64,000 nucleotides of DNA from positions 78,058,001 through 78,122,000 of the forward strand of contig OX597820.1 of the NCBI GenBank assembly GCA_951406725.2. The letters are read 5' to 3'. Made by a program: the position numbers and the translations under genes. The DNA is from Octopus vulgaris. Lineage: Eukaryota. Below the pieces are notes generated by a model, which worked only from the letters and a program-made list of their open reading frames with translations, was not told where the DNA came from and made no database searches. Positions 25,500 to 38,004 of this stretch are shown here, piece after piece; the stretch's first letter is position 1; every line of letters starts with the position of its first letter.

Positions 25500-26020
25500 A
25501 GGCACATGACTAACTGGTTAGCGCAGTAGCCTCACAGTCGTAGTCGTGAGTTCCATACGTGGCGGTACGTTGTGTCCTTCAGCAAGGCACTTTATTTCAC
25601 GTTGTTCCAATCCACTCCAAAATGAGTAGTACTTCTATTTGGAAGGGCCAGCCTTGTCAGAGTCTGTATCACTCCGAATCTCCCTGAGAATAATGTTAAG
25701 GGTAAGCGGCGAGCTGACAGAAACGTTAGCACGCCGGGCGAAATGCGTAGCCGTATTTCGTCTGCCGTTACGTTCTGAGTTCAAATTCCACCGAGGTCGA
25801 CTTTGCCTTTCATCCTTTCGGGGTCTATTAAATAAGTACCAGTTACGCACTGGGATCGATATAATTGTCTGTCCTTGTTTGTCCTCTCTGTGTGTAGTAA
25901 AGAAATAGGTAAGCGTGTTTGTGGTATACCCAGTCATTTGCAGGTTAATTTCAAGACCAAGCTGTTCCGTTTGATCGGATTGAGTGGAACACTTGTAGTC
26001 ATAACCGACGAAGTGTCCGT
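25500..26020 (+). mobile_element. SINE family C interrupted by a family B insertion
   Basis: Head ggcacatgactaactggttagcgcag..gagttcc; body ggccagccttgtcagagtctgt..gttaaggg resumes at 25916; matches 47051-47332. Confidence 0.8.
25706..25907 (+). mobile_element. SINE family B, well preserved, with 8-bp TSD ggtaagcg
   Basis: gcggcgagctgacagaaacgttagcacgccgggcgaaatgc..GAGTTCAAATTCC..ctttcatcctttcgggg; ggtaagcg at 25701-25708 and 25908-25915. Confidence 0.88.
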
Positions 26021-26814
26021 TTCCCGTTCGTATACCATTATCTCGATTTAAATACTCGCATCAAAAATATTTGGGAAAACTAGAATGTGACAATTGCAAT
26101 ATAAAAATATATTGTAGCATGTTTAGACTGGCATAATAACAAAAAAACGTGTTGTTTACTCTCTAAACTTCGTTTGAAAATTACTCACCCTTAAAAGTTA
26201 AAGAACTTATGATAGTCATCGGAACATAAACGCTTAGATATGGATATGTGGACATGTGTATGTGGTGTGTGCATGCATGTCCTTTTATAATAAATATACT
26301 CAATGTTGTTGTGTTTGTTAAAACACAACAAGTATTAATAATTGGACACGTGTGAAATATAAGATTACAAGATATAATGCTTACAATGTCATTTGAAAGT
26401 CAGGAAAAACAGTGTGAAAATTTGATCTCATTATCCCACAATTTAAATATATTTCGCAGCTTCGTTTAACCATTTTGTGACTCGCACCAGTTTCAAATTG
26501 CCGTTATATGGAACAAGAGTGAGAAGTAGTTTAAGCAATTTCTGCAAAAAGTATAAACTTTGAAATTTTGCAACAACCTATAAATTCCCAACCTTGCTAT
26601 AGTTTATGTTTTAAAATAAAATATCAATAATCTATCAAGAATATTCAGCGGAAAACCTAACATTTAAACATAAAGAGAGATATACGTAAGTTACCAAATG
26701 AGAGATGGACACCCATTGAATTTTAAGCGACTCAAACATGTTATAAATTGTGCTAGCTTTAGTGAACAGCTATACGTGTTCCCGTCTAGGAGAAAGTTAT
26801 CTTTTGTCTTGTAC

Positions 26815-26848
<34 letters not shown>

Positions 26849-27159
26849 TTAGGAATTTAATTAAATAAAAGTAAAAAGGTATTAATTCATGTTTCAAGTA
26901 TTATTTTGTTTGAGTAAAATGTTTGTGGTTTCTTCTCACTAAAACCAAATGTTTCAGTAATGGTGCTACTTTGGGAAAATAACCTTACAATGCACACACA
27001 AACACACACACACACACACACACGCATACGTATTGGTATGCATACCTCTATGTATGTGTGTGTGTGCACGTACGTGTGTGTGCTCGCGCATGTGTGTGTG
27101 CGTGGAGGGCATTCTTCCTCTCAAAGGAGTCCCAAGACACACATACATATCAATTTCGG

Positions 27160-27470
27160 AATAGGCAGCCCTCGGTCGATTGCGACGAAACGGGTTCCAG
27201 TTGATCCGACCAACGGAACAGCTTGCTCCTGAAATTAACTTGCAAGTGGCTGAGTACTCAACACACTTAACGCAGTTCTCAAGGTGATTCAGCGCGACAC
27301 AGAATGCAATAAGGCTGGCGATTCGAATCATAGGTACTACTCATTGTTAGCAGCTGAGTGGACGGGGGAGTCACGTGAAAAAAAAAGTGTATTGCTTAAG
27401 GGCACAGTACACCACCGGGTATTGAACTCACGAACTGACGATCTTTAGCCGAAAACCCTCACCACAAAGT
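27160..27470 (-). mobile_element. SINE family C
   Basis: gaaattaacttgcaagtggctgagtactc..aaggctggc..attgaactcacgaactgacgatc; reverse complement of 47051-47332. Confidence 0.8.
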
Positions 27471-28429
27471 TTAGAATGACTTTTACAATATCTTCATTTT
27501 AGAATTTATCTGAATTTATCTGAAGAGTATCTATAAGCTGCTGCATAATATATGTGTACGTGTTGATGTGATTGTCACCTTTAGTTTTCTGCATATATGG
27601 CAATATAAAAGGCTGCTATACAAATATACTACCTGTACACATTGTTGTTTGTGGATATTCTATATTAAATTACATGTTGAAGTATATGGTATAAAAAAGG
27701 AAGATCTAAATGTGTTATGAATCTGCAAAGGACACATAGCTTACACAACACCTTTAGACGTTCCATGTATAAGTAATGTAAATTTTAATGAAAGGATAAT
27801 CTTACCTTATAGCAATGAGTTGATATAGAAGATGGTATTAATTTAATTCAACTTCTAACTAGTATTTACGTAAGATGTAACATGAAAGTAGCCATATAAT
27901 GTAGTAAAGAGTGTGTTATATTATAAGGCACAAAATAAAGTGTATTTAGCTGGGATTAAAGAAACCACAAAACTTTAAAATCGTCAATGTCTTATCTACA
28001 AATAAGTTGGTGAATGATATTTAAAACTTATAAGATACTAAAGATAACAACTTACATAAAATAAAATGTTATAATCATTAAAAAAATATATGAGTAATGT
28101 AATTACTTAGTTACTTCAAATAAAGAAATTTTCACTGAAATTCCTCAGAAATTTTTGCAACCAGACTTACAACCATCATTTTTCAGTAAGCATTGAACAC
28201 GTTAAAAAAAAAAGCAACGTATAGACAAATACGTTAAGACACATTCACTGATTGAACAAGATGAGCGTCAAATTGTATCTGCAAATCCAGTTAACATAAT
28301 CTTCACAATGTTCTCTCACTCACTCACACTCACTCTCAAACAAACACACTTTCTCCCTCTCTATGTCTTTCTATCTGTCTCTATCCATCTCTCTATCCAT
28401 CTCTCTTGCTCCCTTTCCCTTTCTCATTT

Positions 28430-28735
28430 CTTACCATCGTAGAGAACTTCCAAGTGGCCTTTTCCGCTCTCTTGGGCACCACTAAGTGAATACAGGTATG
28501 ATACTTGTCTGTGAATCTTGAGACGTGTTCGGCCCAGCGGAACTTCAGCTTTCAGGATTCAGCGATCAGATCGTTCACTCTGTTCCGTTCTCGAATTATC
28601 TCATGTCGAATATGATTTGGTAATGTTATTCCTAGCATAGATTACCCATAATCCTTTTCTTCGTAGACTATCAACTTTCTATTCTCTTCGTATATAGGGG
28701 ACAATGTGGTTTGGATCAGTCACGCCACTACCTAT
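28430..28735 (-). mobile_element. RTE-clade LINE 3' coding fragment
   Basis: MLGITLPNHIRHEIIRERNRVNDLIAES*KLKFRWAEHVSRFTD..WCPRERKRPLG. Confidence 0.8.
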
Positions 28736-28751
28736 ATCTATCTATCTATCT

Positions 28752-28804
<53 letters not shown>

Positions 28805-28865
28805 AGGAGGAATTAAGTTCATTGTTTACATTTGACGGATACTTTCCCTCATCTTGTTTGTTGTT

Positions 28866-28911
28866 GACACAACATTTCAGCTGATATACCCTCCAGCCTT
28901 CAGCAGGTGTC
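28866..28911 (-). ncRNA. Minimal hammerhead motif
   Basis: gacac-CTGCTGA-a-ggctg-gagggtatat-cagct-GAAA-tg-TT-gtgtc; perfect 5-bp stem I; core has A6C. Confidence 0.72.
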
Positions 28912-28971
28912 TTGGGGAAATTTTGAACCTGGTTTCTCATTCCTAACATATTTTTCGATGTTGTTGTTGTT

Positions 28972-29025
<54 letters not shown>

Positions 29026-29139
29026 CAGGTCACTGCTTGGAATCGAACTCGGAGTATGCCCGTGGGCATATGGCGTAGTGGTTAATAGCGTGGGCTTTTA
29101 ACCCCAAGATTCCGAGTTCGATTCCAGGCAGTGATCTGA

Positions 29140-29217
<78 letters not shown>

Positions 29218-29272
29218 GGAAAAACATCCAGGAATACCTCAGGAATGAGAATATAGGTTCGAATTTCCCCAA

Positions 29273-29314
29273 GACACCTGATGAAGGAGGGTATATCAGT
29301 CGAAACCTTGTGTT
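29273..29314 (+). ncRNA. Minimal hammerhead motif (stem II 5' strand partly deleted)
   Basis: gacac-CTGATGA-a-ggagggtatatcagtc-GAAA-cc-TT-gtgtt. Confidence 0.68.
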
Positions 29315-29370
29315 AACTACAAACAAGATGAGTTCAAATATCTGTCAAATTTAAATAATGTAAATACTGT

Positions 29371-29429
<59 letters not shown>

Positions 29430-29698
29430 CATATATATATACATATATATGTGTGTGTGTGTATGTATATACATATATATATATATAAACAAAGTCAAAA
29501 TGCGATAAAATAAAATTAATTATTATCGCCGGTGTTCTAGCACAGGCCATATATTATTCATATATAAGTACATTAAAAGGCGAAGTATGTACTAGATACA
29601 CAGAAGCTTGATAAATTTAGTGAAATGAAAATAAAAACTTTTACTAACTCGGTTCATCTTATACTGCAGTTTCGTCTTTTTCAGCAATAAAAATAACT

Positions 29699-29739
<41 letters not shown>

Positions 29740-29754
29740 GGGGGGAGAGATTGG

Positions 29755-29945
29755 TCACGATAGATCCCTAGCCACTAAAACTTGTCAGTTTTATCTCCCT
29801 GTTTATTTCTGCATTCCTTTCTTCTCTAATATCGTAGGCTGGAAACGTAGAAGACTTTCTCATTTTCCGAGCGTTAAACTAATGCATGTTTGATGCTTAC
29901 ACGCCCTTGTTCGTCTTTTGTTTTTCTTTTGTAAATTCTCACTAT
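29755..29945 (+). mobile_element. PLE-type short repeat, same family as 55033-55198, hammerhead decayed
   Basis: ctagccacta..ttcctttc..taggctggaaacgtagaagactttt..ccgagcgttaaactaat..ttcgtcttttg. Confidence 0.7.
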
Positions 29946-30209
<264 letters not shown>

Positions 30210-30361
30210 CTTCTTTGCAAATCTTGGTGTGATTGAAATGTCACATTCGACATAGACATTATAGCTGAAAAGGAAATAGTACGTCACCAGAGCCTCATAC
30301 GTCGAAATCAACGAGATACTCCATCATAGATATGGATCGAAACAGTTTCATACAAATTCCT

Positions 30362-30402
30362 TAGCACTCTTGAGTTTCAAGCAGGATGCTTATCGTCAGC
30401 CA
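30362..30402 (-). ncRNA. Hammerhead motif with intact core, N17=G (probably inactivated)
   Basis: tgg-CTGACGA-t-aagca-tcc-tgctt-GAAA-ctc-aa-gag-T-g-cta. Confidence 0.68.
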
Positions 30403-30539
30403 TTTTGAATTTGAATGACAGAAGATGTTTGTTACTACCGTAAAATGGGATGCGATTGGTCGGGGAAGGTTATGTGGTGTCGTGGTTTTACGTTGGTATA
30501 TGTGTAACAGTTAGTTGGAAATACCAGATGGTCAAAAGG

Positions 30540-31200
30540 AAATCAGTCAAGTTGTTGATGAAAAAGCAGGGGTAACATGTGCAGATTATATAGCTAATAA
30601 CCCAGCAAAAAAATTTCTGGATAAATCCAGATCCCAGATTTCTGTTCTGCATAAGAAAAGCTTTGCCTCATCAGTGAAATATACGTGGCACATAAATACA
30701 AATGTTGATATATATTGAATGTATTCATAAATATTCTTCTTGGTATTCTTTAGATTAACTCTAAACTTTATCTGTGTATATATAAATAACAACATTGTTT
30801 TATAGTAGGTAAATGTACTAGTATATGATAAGACTTCCCCTGTCCTATTAGCATTGGTATACTTAATAGCAGCCAACATCTTCTTTGAATTATCTTCTTA
30901 CTGAACCAAATGGCTTTGCTTCAAATAAATCTTGATTTATGACTATGCCACTTAAATTGTCTATCTACTTTGCTCTACATCCAAAATGATACTACCCTCT
31001 ATCTTCTCTCAGATTTGATAAACTAGCCTATAAATTAAAACTGAACCCCTCCCCCATAATTAAATCTAAATAAGAGAAATAATCAGTAATAATTGAAAAA
31101 TTTGTTACAACAGTGATAATGTTGGTAAAACATGTTCTTTGTCTATCTCCTTATCCTCCTGGAAATTTGGTATAAAATTTTACTAATGAGTCCTTCGAAT
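30540..31200 (-). pseudogene. Decayed Penelope-like ORF remnant upstream of the 30362-30402 hammerhead
   Basis: Minus-strand EGLISK / PNFQEDKEIDK across a frameshift resembles the PLE LISKGPKFRExKxID block; same strand as the downstream HHR. Confidence 0.35.
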
Positions 31201-31340
31201 TTAATTAAATTCTATATTTTTGTGCAGTTGAAGATCGCTCTACATTTTAAATTTATGTAACGTTTACATTGTTCAATTAAATGGAGTCGCATGAAACGAT
31301 CGTACTGCATTACCTCTGGATATCCTTGTTGCTTATTTTG

Positions 31341-31397
<57 letters not shown>

Positions 31398-31633
31398 ACT
31401 GATATTTTTTCTTATCTTGTCTGTAATGGATTTGTGACTATTCGGTGGTACAGAAGTGTTTTTTTACTTCTATCATTAGCGATATAGGTACTCATGTAGT
31501 ACCCGTGTGTATATATGTACATATCTAATATTGTAAGTATGTATTTTATTCATTTGCTTGTACGGCTGATAATTCGCTTACCACTTGTGATGGTATTTTA
31601 ACAATACCATCCCTATATTTATATATATATATA

Positions 31634-31848
31634 TAGTAATCCTTCGCTATATCGCGGTTGACCTATCGCGGTTTATTATTTAAACTTACGTCAATTCCTC
31701 CGTTGTTTTGCATTTATAATAAAAAATATATATACAGATTATAAAAATTATACAGTACAGTTTCTACTTTGCTTCTACTTTGCGGATTTTCACCTATCTC
31801 ATGGAGGAATGGTGGAACGTAACCCCTACGATAGTCGAGGGGTTACTG
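31634..31848. mobile_element. Tigger/pogo-like MITE
   Basis: TIRs tagtaatccttcgctatatcgcgg / ctacgatagtcgaggggttactg; second copy at 38005-38237. Confidence 0.75.
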
Positions 31849-31869
31849 TGTAGATATTCAGTTCAAGTT

Positions 31870-32062
31870 TTTGGTACAGGACCAGCTATTGCGGGTAAGG
31901 AGTTAAATGGATTACAACGAGTCCAGTTTTCAACTGATACTTTTTTTATCGACCCCGAAAGAGTAAAAGTTAAAGACAACCTCGGCGGAATTTGAACTCA
32001 CAACGTAAAGACGGACGAAATGCAGCCAAGCAGTTTCTCCAGCGTGCTAGCGATTTCACCAG
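31870..32062 (-). mobile_element. SINE family B
   Basis: tttatcgaccccgaaagagtaaaag..cctcggcggaatttgaactc..gacgaaatgc..cgtgctagcgatttcaccag. Confidence 0.8.
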
Positions 32063-32073
32063 TGTATGTATGT

Positions 32074-32500
<427 letters not shown>

Positions 32501-32978
32501 ACGCAAACACACGCACACATACGCATACACGTGCACATATATTTCATGTGTGTGTTTGTTCTGTGTTTGTATGTTTGTGCTTAAGCATGGTGTTGTGTGA
32601 GAGTTGACTTCGTGCTTCCGAATCTTTAGTATCTTGGGACGAAATAACTTTGTTTGCATTACATTAATGTCATATATAGAATTTAATTCCGTAAACAGAT
32701 TAGCTTTAGAAGAGAATTTCGCTTGTTTCTTTATTTGTTGAATATAAATATTAGAAAAAAAAGAACATGCAAATCCTAAAATCTAAATATGAACTCAATG
32801 AAAAAATAAGACGTGAGTTAAATTTTGAATTAGGCTACATAGATTCGTCTCCTTTTCTTCCTCTCATTCTTCTCGTGACTCTGTCTTCGTTTCTCTATAT
32901 ATACATGAGTGTGTGTGTGTTTGTGACTGTGTGTTTAAGAATGTGTTTCCGTGTTGAAGTATGCGAGTAAGCGTCTTA

Positions 32979-33019
<41 letters not shown>

Positions 33020-33231
33020 TAACAGGTTCAAAAACAAGCTATGCACGGCCACTTTGAATAAGGCACTGATAGAGATTTCGGTACATTTATGCACATATAT
33101 TCATATATATGTATGTATTTGTATATATGTGTAAGTTGCGTGCGCGTATATATTAACACAATTGCAAAGATACATAACACATACATCCATAAATACACAG
33201 AGACAGACAGACACACACACACACACAAATA

Positions 33232-34182
33232 CAGTACCTTGCAAAAGTATTCGTCTATTTTAAACTATTGTAAACTTCTACTAATTGTCAAATTATAAAT
33301 TGATGTTTCGCATTGCGCTTTTTACAGATGAAACACTGGTGCTGTTTGAGTCATTTTTCATACCTAACAGGAGAAACAGGAGTTCTGAATGAGAGGAGGA
33401 GAAGTTACTGCACATTGTTAATATATCGTGTGGCTTCTCTTATCTTGAATAATTCCTTCAATGCACCTGGGAAGAAATGCGTTCAAATCCTTCACCATCT
33501 TCACAGGAATGAGATGCCATTTCTGTGGTTGGGCTTCCACAATTCTTCAAGATTGCGGCGATTATTCTGACGAACTCTTCTCTTTAGTTCTGTCCACATT
33601 TGCTCGATGATATTTAAATCAGGGCTCAGAGCTGGTGAATTTTTCAATACAGTAACACTTTCATGAGCCAGATTCAGTTATGCTGCATGCGATCTGTATC
33701 TTGGAGTTCAGTTATGCTGAGAAATCTCACCTTCATCCGAGTCTGGTATCAAATTGTCCTTCACAAATTGGTTGTATTTGGCACCATTCAAGTTAATGCC
33801 GATTTTAACCAACTTTCTTGAAGCTTCTCTTTTTATGCATCCCCAGAACATCAGGCTCTCAGCCCCAAACTTCACTATTGTCGTCGTGTAACATGCGTCG
33901 TTTCGCTTTCCAATGAGCGAGAATATTAGAAAACCTCCAGATCGCATGCAACCCAGCAGAATGTGTTACCGCATTGAAAGATTAACCAGCTCAGAGTTCT
34001 GACCTAAATATCATCAAGCAAATGTGGACAGAACTGAAGAGAAAAGCTCATCAGTAGAGTCCACGGAATCTCGAACAGTTATGGGAGCTAACTACAGATA
34101 ATGACATGTCACACCTGTGAAGATGGGAAAGGATTTGAACGCATCTCTTCCCAGGTGCATTGAAGGAATTATACAAGATAGA
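33232..34182 (-). mobile_element. Tc1-like transposon 3' part with inverted duplication of the transposase C-terminus
   Basis: Terminus cagtaccttgcaaaagtattc. Minus-strand VKFGAESLMFWGCI, SQHN, SPDLNIIEQMW. The plus-strand stretch 33975-34180 repeats SDLNIIKQMWTELKRK. Confidence 0.82.
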
Positions 34183-34224
34183 TAGATAGATAGATAGGCA
34201 CACAAACATACACACATACACACA

Positions 34225-34267
<43 letters not shown>

Positions 34268-34394
34268 GCTTTGGGTGAGATCTTTTATTTATTTTGATAA
34301 AGCTTTCCCCTCCATACGAAAATGCGTCAGGTAGTTAAAACCACCTCCACTTCTTGAAAAAGGCGATAGGAAAAATATGAAGGTCTTGAAAGAG

Positions 34395-34550
34395 ATGTTA
34401 GCACGCCGGGCAAAATGCTTAGCGGCATTTCGTCTGTCTATACGTCTTCAGTTCGAATTCTCCTGAAGCCGACTTTGTCTTTCATCCTTTCGGGGTCGAT
34501 AATATAAGTGCCAGTTGAGTATTGGGATTGGTGTAATCGAATTCCACCTC
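34395..34550 (+). mobile_element. SINE family B
   Basis: gttagcacgccgggcaaaatgcttagcggcatttcgtctg..cttcatcctttcggggtcgataa. Confidence 0.82.
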
Positions 34551-35259
34551 CTCTCAAAAAGTATAGCCCCGTCAAAATTCTAGTTAGTGTTTGTTCTCAT
34601 GCATTTTCAGTTCTGATTTAAAACATGTTTTATATATGAGCCTACATTATATTATCAACATGCATTTCATTCATAAAATATCCTTTCTTTGTGATGAATG
34701 TATTTTCATTATTTATATTGGGATATATTTATTTTTGTACTCTCCCATCGTTTGATGTATCAGTTTGTTGATAACTCTATATATTCCTTTATTCAGTTCT
34801 TTGTTTCGGATAATGTAAAAGCTTCATATTCGTGCGATAATTCTCCATTAATTTCGTGTATTTATTTCTCTCTTTATTTCAACAGAGAAGAGGTCTCTAA
34901 TGCTTTTCTTTCTTATTTTTGCTTTTGTTTTATTGTTAATATTCGTTCTATGCCAGCTTTCCCTACTTACGATGTATCGATTATGACAATATGTCGTACG
35001 CATAACTGGTGTATATCATAATATTTCCCGAGAATCATTATTATTTTCCATTGCTGTCCCATTCCTGCCCGTCACTATGGATCCTAAGTGACAATTCCAA
35101 GTCACTCTGCCACTTTTGCATAAATAATTTACAGTGTGGACAACAATTTACGACTGTAGCACAATTCATTAATAATTTATTCACTCAGCTAGCTGGTGTC
35201 CTCAGCCGATTTCACAGATACTTATAAAAAAAAAAGACATTCTACAAAAAAGATGTTAA

Positions 35260-36000
35260 TGTTTCTTACTTCATTTTGTGTCTGTGTATTTATTGCAGTT
35301 TGTTCAGATGCTGTTTGTTCAGATCTCTGATCGTTCCCTGATCTGCTCGTTTCGGATCTAATCCCTCAAGGATATTCCCAGCATCATCCTTTCCGTGGAT
35401 GTTTGTGCTGTTATTAACCTCTGTTCCCAACTCTTCCTTGTCGACTATGTTTCATTTGCATAAAGTATTGTAGAGAGAACCGTGCTATTAAATAGTTTTG
35501 CGCTAATGGGTACATTTATGCCGTAACTTCAGACCCTTTCGGCACATTGTTTGTTGAGTTGAACGCTCTCCAGCCTAATCTTCCCCTCCGCGCAATCTCA
35601 TTATTCATATCGCGTCCCATGGCTATCGTTTGGCCGAGATACACGTAACTTATAACCACTTCGATTCCATCGGATCTAGCCACGACTTGACCGAGTGGCA
35701 CGTCTTCGGACTGCATGTACTTTGTTTTCTCATGACTGATCCTTTGTTTCCGCACGACCCCCGGTGTTCAGCTCGTCCGATATGATCTGAAAATGCCCAG
35801 TATTTTATGCGATGTCCGCAATGTCGTCTGTGATCCGGAAATAGGTGAGCAGCCGGCCGTTGATTGGCACGCCGCCGTCCCAGTTGATGTCATTGGTAGC
35901 CATTTCACTTGAACAAACTCTGATGGGCTTACCCAGGTAAGCAGTTGTCGAGTAGTATCTGCACGAGCAGAAATAGTCACTCGGAATGCCTCCACTCATG
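35260..36000 (-). mobile_element. RTE-clade LINE RT fragment
   Basis: INGRLLTYFRITDDI, EKTKYM, YVYLGQ..EIARRGRLGWRAFN, MLGISLRD*IRNEQIR. Confidence 0.85.
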
Positions 36001-37127
36001 GATCGACAATATGAAAAGAATAACGAGGCCGCAGTGATATTAAGGACGGAAAAGGTGAAATACTGTAACCAATGGATTCAAAGAGGCGTCCCACAGTTTG
36101 GCCTGTGAGGTGGTTAAGGTAATTAATTTTAGATATTATAGGCCAGAGAGAATTATTTATTTGTGTAACTCTACATTTTCCTTTCAGTCATTAGAAATCA
36201 GGCCGCCTTATTTATGTGTTGACCGTGATAATTAAATTCTAAGTCAAGTATTCTTTACCTGAATCAAATTAATTTTTGTATGTTAATTCTTAATTTAGTT
36301 GATATTTGTTATACAGCATAATACTAAAATATACACACAAACAGCAAGCGGAAATCAGAAACATCTCATTTCTAACTGATTGTACATATATTTGAAGGCG
36401 GAAATTCAAATTTAGGCAGCAACATCAACTCGAATGAAATTATAGTAAATTTGACAAATTTAGGTGTTTCTAACAGAAGAAAACTTCAATTCATCCTGAA
36501 GACAAAGGCATAAAGGTCTAGAAATTTCATCGTATATTTACGAAATGCAACGCATCAAATAATGGTAAACTCTCATGGGAGACAAACCACACCATAGACT
36601 TATAAATATCACTTATCAATATACATATATCCCTTTTTTTTTAGAAAAACAAATCCGGAGATGAAGCACACTCTAAGAAGTATAGCAGTCTATATTTATT
36701 ACTTGCGAAGGCTAGTTTATACAGTTACCCTCTGTTTCTACCATAAAGGGTACCTTTATGGCGTATCTTCAGACCCTAAGATCTGTTGGCCTATGGCCTC
36801 TTTAAAATATTGAGGGGATAACGATACAGATATAAACAATGGGGATTATCTACCTTTGCAGCCGGCTATGTCGTCCTCCTTCAGCAACGCCACTTATCGG
36901 CTATGAGAGTAAAAGGATAAAATGACGGGTTATCTCCCACTCTCATCAGCAATTAATTTCCAGCTGTGGTGTAATTATCGCTAATACCACTATTATCGCT
37001 ATTATGCGGTTAGCAAAATGCTAACAGGAATCTCCTGAAATGCAATCACAATCCAGTACTGCTCTCAAGCAATGGAGATGGAGATGAAGTTCGAGGACAA
37101 AATAGCACAAACACTCACACATACATA

Positions 37128-37860
37128 CATGGTGGCTGCCCCCTCGTTATCGAGTAAGGCCATTGCATGGAGCTTAATCAATGTTGTTATCGTGCAATGC
37201 CTGTGCAAGAAGATTTTTTTTTAAGTAAGGAAAGGCTGTGCACTGAGTGAATCAATCCCACTGGATTGTGGCAGTGACTTCGAAGTTTCTATGGAGGGAA
37301 ACTTTGAAAAGATATTTTCATTGGAAAAATTATACACGCAAAATTACATGGTGGTTGTCCCCTCGTTATCGAGTATGGCCATTGCACGAAGCAATGTGCA
37401 AGAATATTTTTTTTTTAAGTGAGGAAAGGCTGTGCACTGAGTCAATCCCTCAATCAGAAAAGAAGAACAAGTCAATATCATCGGTAACCACTGAGTTGCA
37501 GCTTTTATGTCGGAGTTATCCCAGTTACTTGAGTTACCTTCTCCTAGAAGGATGCCTAACAAAGGCTAGTAGTCCTTCACTCCCAATGGTTTAACCGCGC
37601 GATCGGGTATTCAGTCCGACTATTTCTCTGTCCCCGCGCATGATACAGCCTTAAGACTTGTTCTTCTTATTGGATGGCCGTTGACTCTCAACAGTTCCTC
37701 TGCCCATTGACGGGTTTTGTTTTTCGTCCTGCAGGATGTCTAATAAACACCCTCCTCACCAAGCAAGCTTGGTGGGGTTGCCGGTTTAGTCGCAGACGAC
37801 CCGACCATGCAACAGGTTGTACTGGGTTACATGTTACCAGTAGCACTTGAAAGTGACCTG
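37128..37860 (-). mobile_element. Non-autonomous bipartite RTE-derived element (5'-UTR-like part plus tandemly duplicated 3' end)
   Basis: 37500-37860 is homologous to 5290-5755. 37128-37259 and 37347-37449 are direct repeats beginning catggtgg..cctcgttatcgagta.ggccattg, similar to the LINE 3' end at 1754-1790. Confidence 0.65.
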
Positions 37861-38004
37861 ACATACATACATACATACATACATAAACAAAAATATACAT
37901 AGATACTTATATACAAACATATAAACTTACAGACACATAGACAAAATATTTATATACATGTATTCATAAAAACCTACAAACATACATAGATGCATAGATA
38001 TATA

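Larger units (their letters stand above)
28800..29372. mobile_element. Head-to-head dimer of a tRNA-head/microsatellite/hammerhead element
   Basis: Plus copy 29064-29372: A box TGGCGTAGTGG (29071), B box GAGTTCGATTCC (29114), (TAA)n, HHR 29273-29314, tail into (TA)n. Minus copy 29061-28800: B box, (CAA)n, HHR 28911-28866. Axis hairpin tatgccc-gt-gggcata. Confidence 0.85.

Noticed and set aside
28515-28570. Possible hammerhead half ggccgaacacgtc on the minus strand
   Set aside because: Explained by RTE coding sequence (RWAEHVSR).
29064-29135. Functional tRNA gene
   Set aside because: A and B boxes are present, but there is no acceptor stem or T-run terminator, and it recurs with the same downstream flank. 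It is a SINE-like head; the same applies to 6215-6281, 12156-12225 and 58665-58735.
34660-35220. Possible LINE endonuclease remnant on the minus strand
   Set aside because: No diagnostic motif could be read with confidence.
36900-36950. CTGATGA followed by gagt/actc stem on the minus strand
   Set aside because: No GAAA or stem III follows; it is only a short inverted repeat.
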